DNA from: Waddliaceae bacterium
GTDB taxonomy: Bacteria; Chlamydiota; Chlamydiia; Chlamydiales; SLFE01
Reading direction: 5' to 3'
Assembly (NCBI GenBank): GCA_963783885.1
Contig: CAWAPJ010000001.1
Span: forward strand, 96,001-160,000
DNA length: 64,000 bases
The notes below the pieces were generated by a model that saw only the letters and a program-made list of their open reading frames with translations, did no database searches and was not told the DNA's origin. A program made the translations under genes and the position numbers. Of the stretch, positions 62,289 to 64,000 are shown in pieces; position 1 is the first letter of the stretch; the number at the start of each line of letters is the position of its first letter.

Positions 62289-62952
62289 TTTCACCTCTAA
62301 GCGATTTTACAGCAGCGCTCATTCCTTCGGGCGCTGTGAAGCAATAAGTTCCAGCTACTATGATATTGGCTCCTGCGTCCCGGCACAGTTTTGCTGTCTC
62401 GGGATTGATTCCACCATCCACTTCTATGTCCACATCGAGATTCTGCTTATCGCATATATTTTTTGTTAAACTTATTTTATCCAAAACATCGGTAATGAAC
62501 TCCTGTCCCCCGAATCCCGGATGGACAGTCATTAAGAGCACCATATCGCAAAGATGTAGAAACTGCGGGACCATTGACTCCGATGTTTCCGGACAAAAAG
62601 CGAGCCCCGCCTTAATGTTGCATTTTTTGATAAAGTTAATCGTATCTTCTACATCTTCAGTTGCTTCGAAGTGAAACGTGATATTATCAGCTCCCGCCTC
62701 AACAAACCTTTCGATGTAATCAAAAGGACTGTAGATCATCAAATGAACATCGAGAAACATGTCCGTCGACCGGTTGATTGCCGCCAAAGCTTTCGGCCCA
62801 AGCGTCAGATTCTGGACAAAATGTCCGTCCATGACATCAAAATGGATCGCATCGGCCCCGGAATCTTCGATTCTTTTGGCCTCATCACCCAGTCTTCCAA
62901 AATCCCCGGCTAAAATTGAAGGTGCGATTTTAATCTGTCTCTTCTTCACCAT
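62275..62952 (-). CDS. rpe: Ribulose-phosphate 3-epimerase
   Basis: IAPSIL, HFDVMDGHFV, DVHLM, MTVHPGFGGQ, EVDGGI. Confidence 0.97.
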   Translation of the reverse strand: MVKKRQIKIAPSILAGDFGRLGDEAKRIEDSGADAIHFDVMDGHFVQNLTLGPKALAAINRSTDMFLDVHLMIYSPFDYIERFVEAGADNITFHFEATEDVEDTINFIKKCNIKAGLAFCPETSESMVPQFLHLCDMVLLMTVHPGFGGQEFITDVLDKISLTKNICDKQNLDVDIEVDGGINPETAKLCRDAGANIIVAGTYCFTAPEGMSAAVKSLRGENGNQ

Positions 62953-62971
62953 ATTATAATTATAGCACCTA

Positions 62972-63202
62972 TCATTTAAGATTGCGAGCCATAGTGATCA
63001 GAGCCTGATGCGTTGCCGAAGTCAACTGGGTACTCAGCTCCGAAAGCTGGGAAAGATGATTCATAAGCATCTGCATTTCAAACATATCACCGATGCTGAT
63101 TTGATCGCCCTGAGCTTTTAAGGATCTTACTTTTTCTCTAACTTTGCAAATTTCTTGATTGATGATTGCGACAAGCTCTTCACATTGCATTTGTTCTGCC
63201 AT
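62972..63202 (-). CDS. T3SS needle subunit-like protein (SctF/CdsF, DUF5407-like), paralog B
   Basis: ISIGDMFEMQMLMNHLSQLSE...LITMARNLK; AGGAGG RBS. Confidence 0.8.
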   Translation of the reverse strand: MAEQMQCEELVAIINQEICKVREKVRSLKAQGDQISIGDMFEMQMLMNHLSQLSELSTQLTSATHQALITMARNLK

Positions 63203-63263
63203 AGCATGACCTCCTTGAATTCTGAAGACCAAGCATACAAGGGATGGGCGGGAGGGGTCAAGA

Positions 63264-63291
63264 GAAAAAGGCTCTCAAGTTAGAGAGCCTT
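63264..63291 (-). terminator. Intrinsic terminator between the two needle-like genes
   Basis: aaggctctc...gagagcctt stem; followed by a U tract on the minus strand. Confidence 0.7.
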
Positions 63292-63301
63292 GTGATTAGG
63301 A

Positions 63302-63538
63302 TTATCCTTTTACGTTTCTTGCCATCGCGATAATGGCCTGATTCGAAGCGCCTACGATTTGCGTACACATCTCCGATAGCTGGGAGAGCTGGTTCATTAG
63401 CATTTGCATCTCAAACATCTCGCCAATGCTGATCTGATCTCCCTTTTGTTTGATGGAACCAATTTTCGTTTTTACTGCAGTGATCCCTTCATTAATAATG
63501 TTTACTAACTCTTCAAAGGAAATACCCTCTTGGGACAT
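63302..63538 (-). CDS. T3SS needle subunit-like protein (SctF/CdsF, DUF5407-like), paralog A
   Basis: ISIGEMFEMQMLMNQLSQLSE...IIAMARNVKG; AGGAGG RBS. Confidence 0.8.
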   Translation of the reverse strand: MSQEGISFEELVNIINEGITAVKTKIGSIKQKGDQISIGEMFEMQMLMNQLSQLSEMCTQIVGASNQAIIAMARNVKG

Positions 63539-63666
63539 AAAACCTCCTAATTAATTTATTGAGGTAATTATCATCGTAACTTTGAATTATTAATATTGTG
63601 TTAATTTAACTATCGTAAAAAATATTTTACTTTTTTAAAAATTTAGTTTTCCATTATAGTGGTATT

Positions 63667-64000
63667 ATGGAAACTAAATTAAAACATCCGATTCAGGTCG
63701 TGGAAATTGCAAAGCCGCAGGAAATAGAGGGCAAGCCGGTGCCGGTTGCCTCCTCGAATGTTCAGGCGGGCTTCCCTTCCCCCGCAGAAGATTACATCGA
63801 GAAACAGCTAAATTTGAACGAACTTGTCATACAGCATCCGGCTGCGACTTTTTTTGTCCGCGTCGAAGGCGAGTCGATGACAGGCGCGGCCATTCATCCA
63901 GGCGATATTCTGGTTGTCGACCGCTCGCTCGAGCCTACAAACGGCAGGATTGTTGTCGCTGTCGTCAATGGAGAGTTTACCGTCAAACGCTTTGCCTGCC
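63667..64000 (+). CDS. umuD: UmuD-like S24 peptidase (Pol V accessory subunit), runs off window end
   Basis: Own translation: VQAGFPSPAEDY...HPAATFFVRVEGESM...GDILVVDRS...NGEFTVKR. Confidence 0.92.
   Translation, partial: METKLKHPIQVVEIAKPQEIEGKPVPVASSNVQAGFPSPAEDYIEKQLNLNELVIQHPAATFFVRVEGESMTGAAIHPGDILVVDRSLEPTNGRIVVAVVNGEFTVKRFAC

Overview
Chromosomal segment of an environmental chlamydia (phylum Chlamydiae). This is inferred from the gene order pnp-ftsH-tilS-lptF-lptG, tuf-secE-nusG-rplKAJL-rpoBC and rpe-efp-accB-accC, and from chlamydial-type FtsH, IspG, FabI and PknD. Most of the window is housekeeping genes, plus five tRNAs. The most notable part is an accessory block between pnp and ftsH, where one aldo/keto-reductase gene was broken by an IS982 and by an IS903-like (IS5 family) element carrying a GxxExxY nuclease-fold passenger gene. 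An IS110/IS1111-type element has inserted inside the left terminal inverted repeat (TIR) of that IS903-like element. Its 3' non-coding region holds two stem-loops whose unpaired segments match the TIR target and the element's own donor junction, which reads as a bridge/seek RNA programmed against another transposon's ends. Other features: IS982 copies with long G-U-covarying hairpins, several MITE/palindromic elements, a catB gene, F-box-LRR and RasGEF-like effector candidates, three tandem WspA-like chemoreceptors, an Inc-like protein and two tandem T3SS needle (SctF/CdsF-like) paralogs. All family calls come from motif recognition by eye, and no database searches were run.
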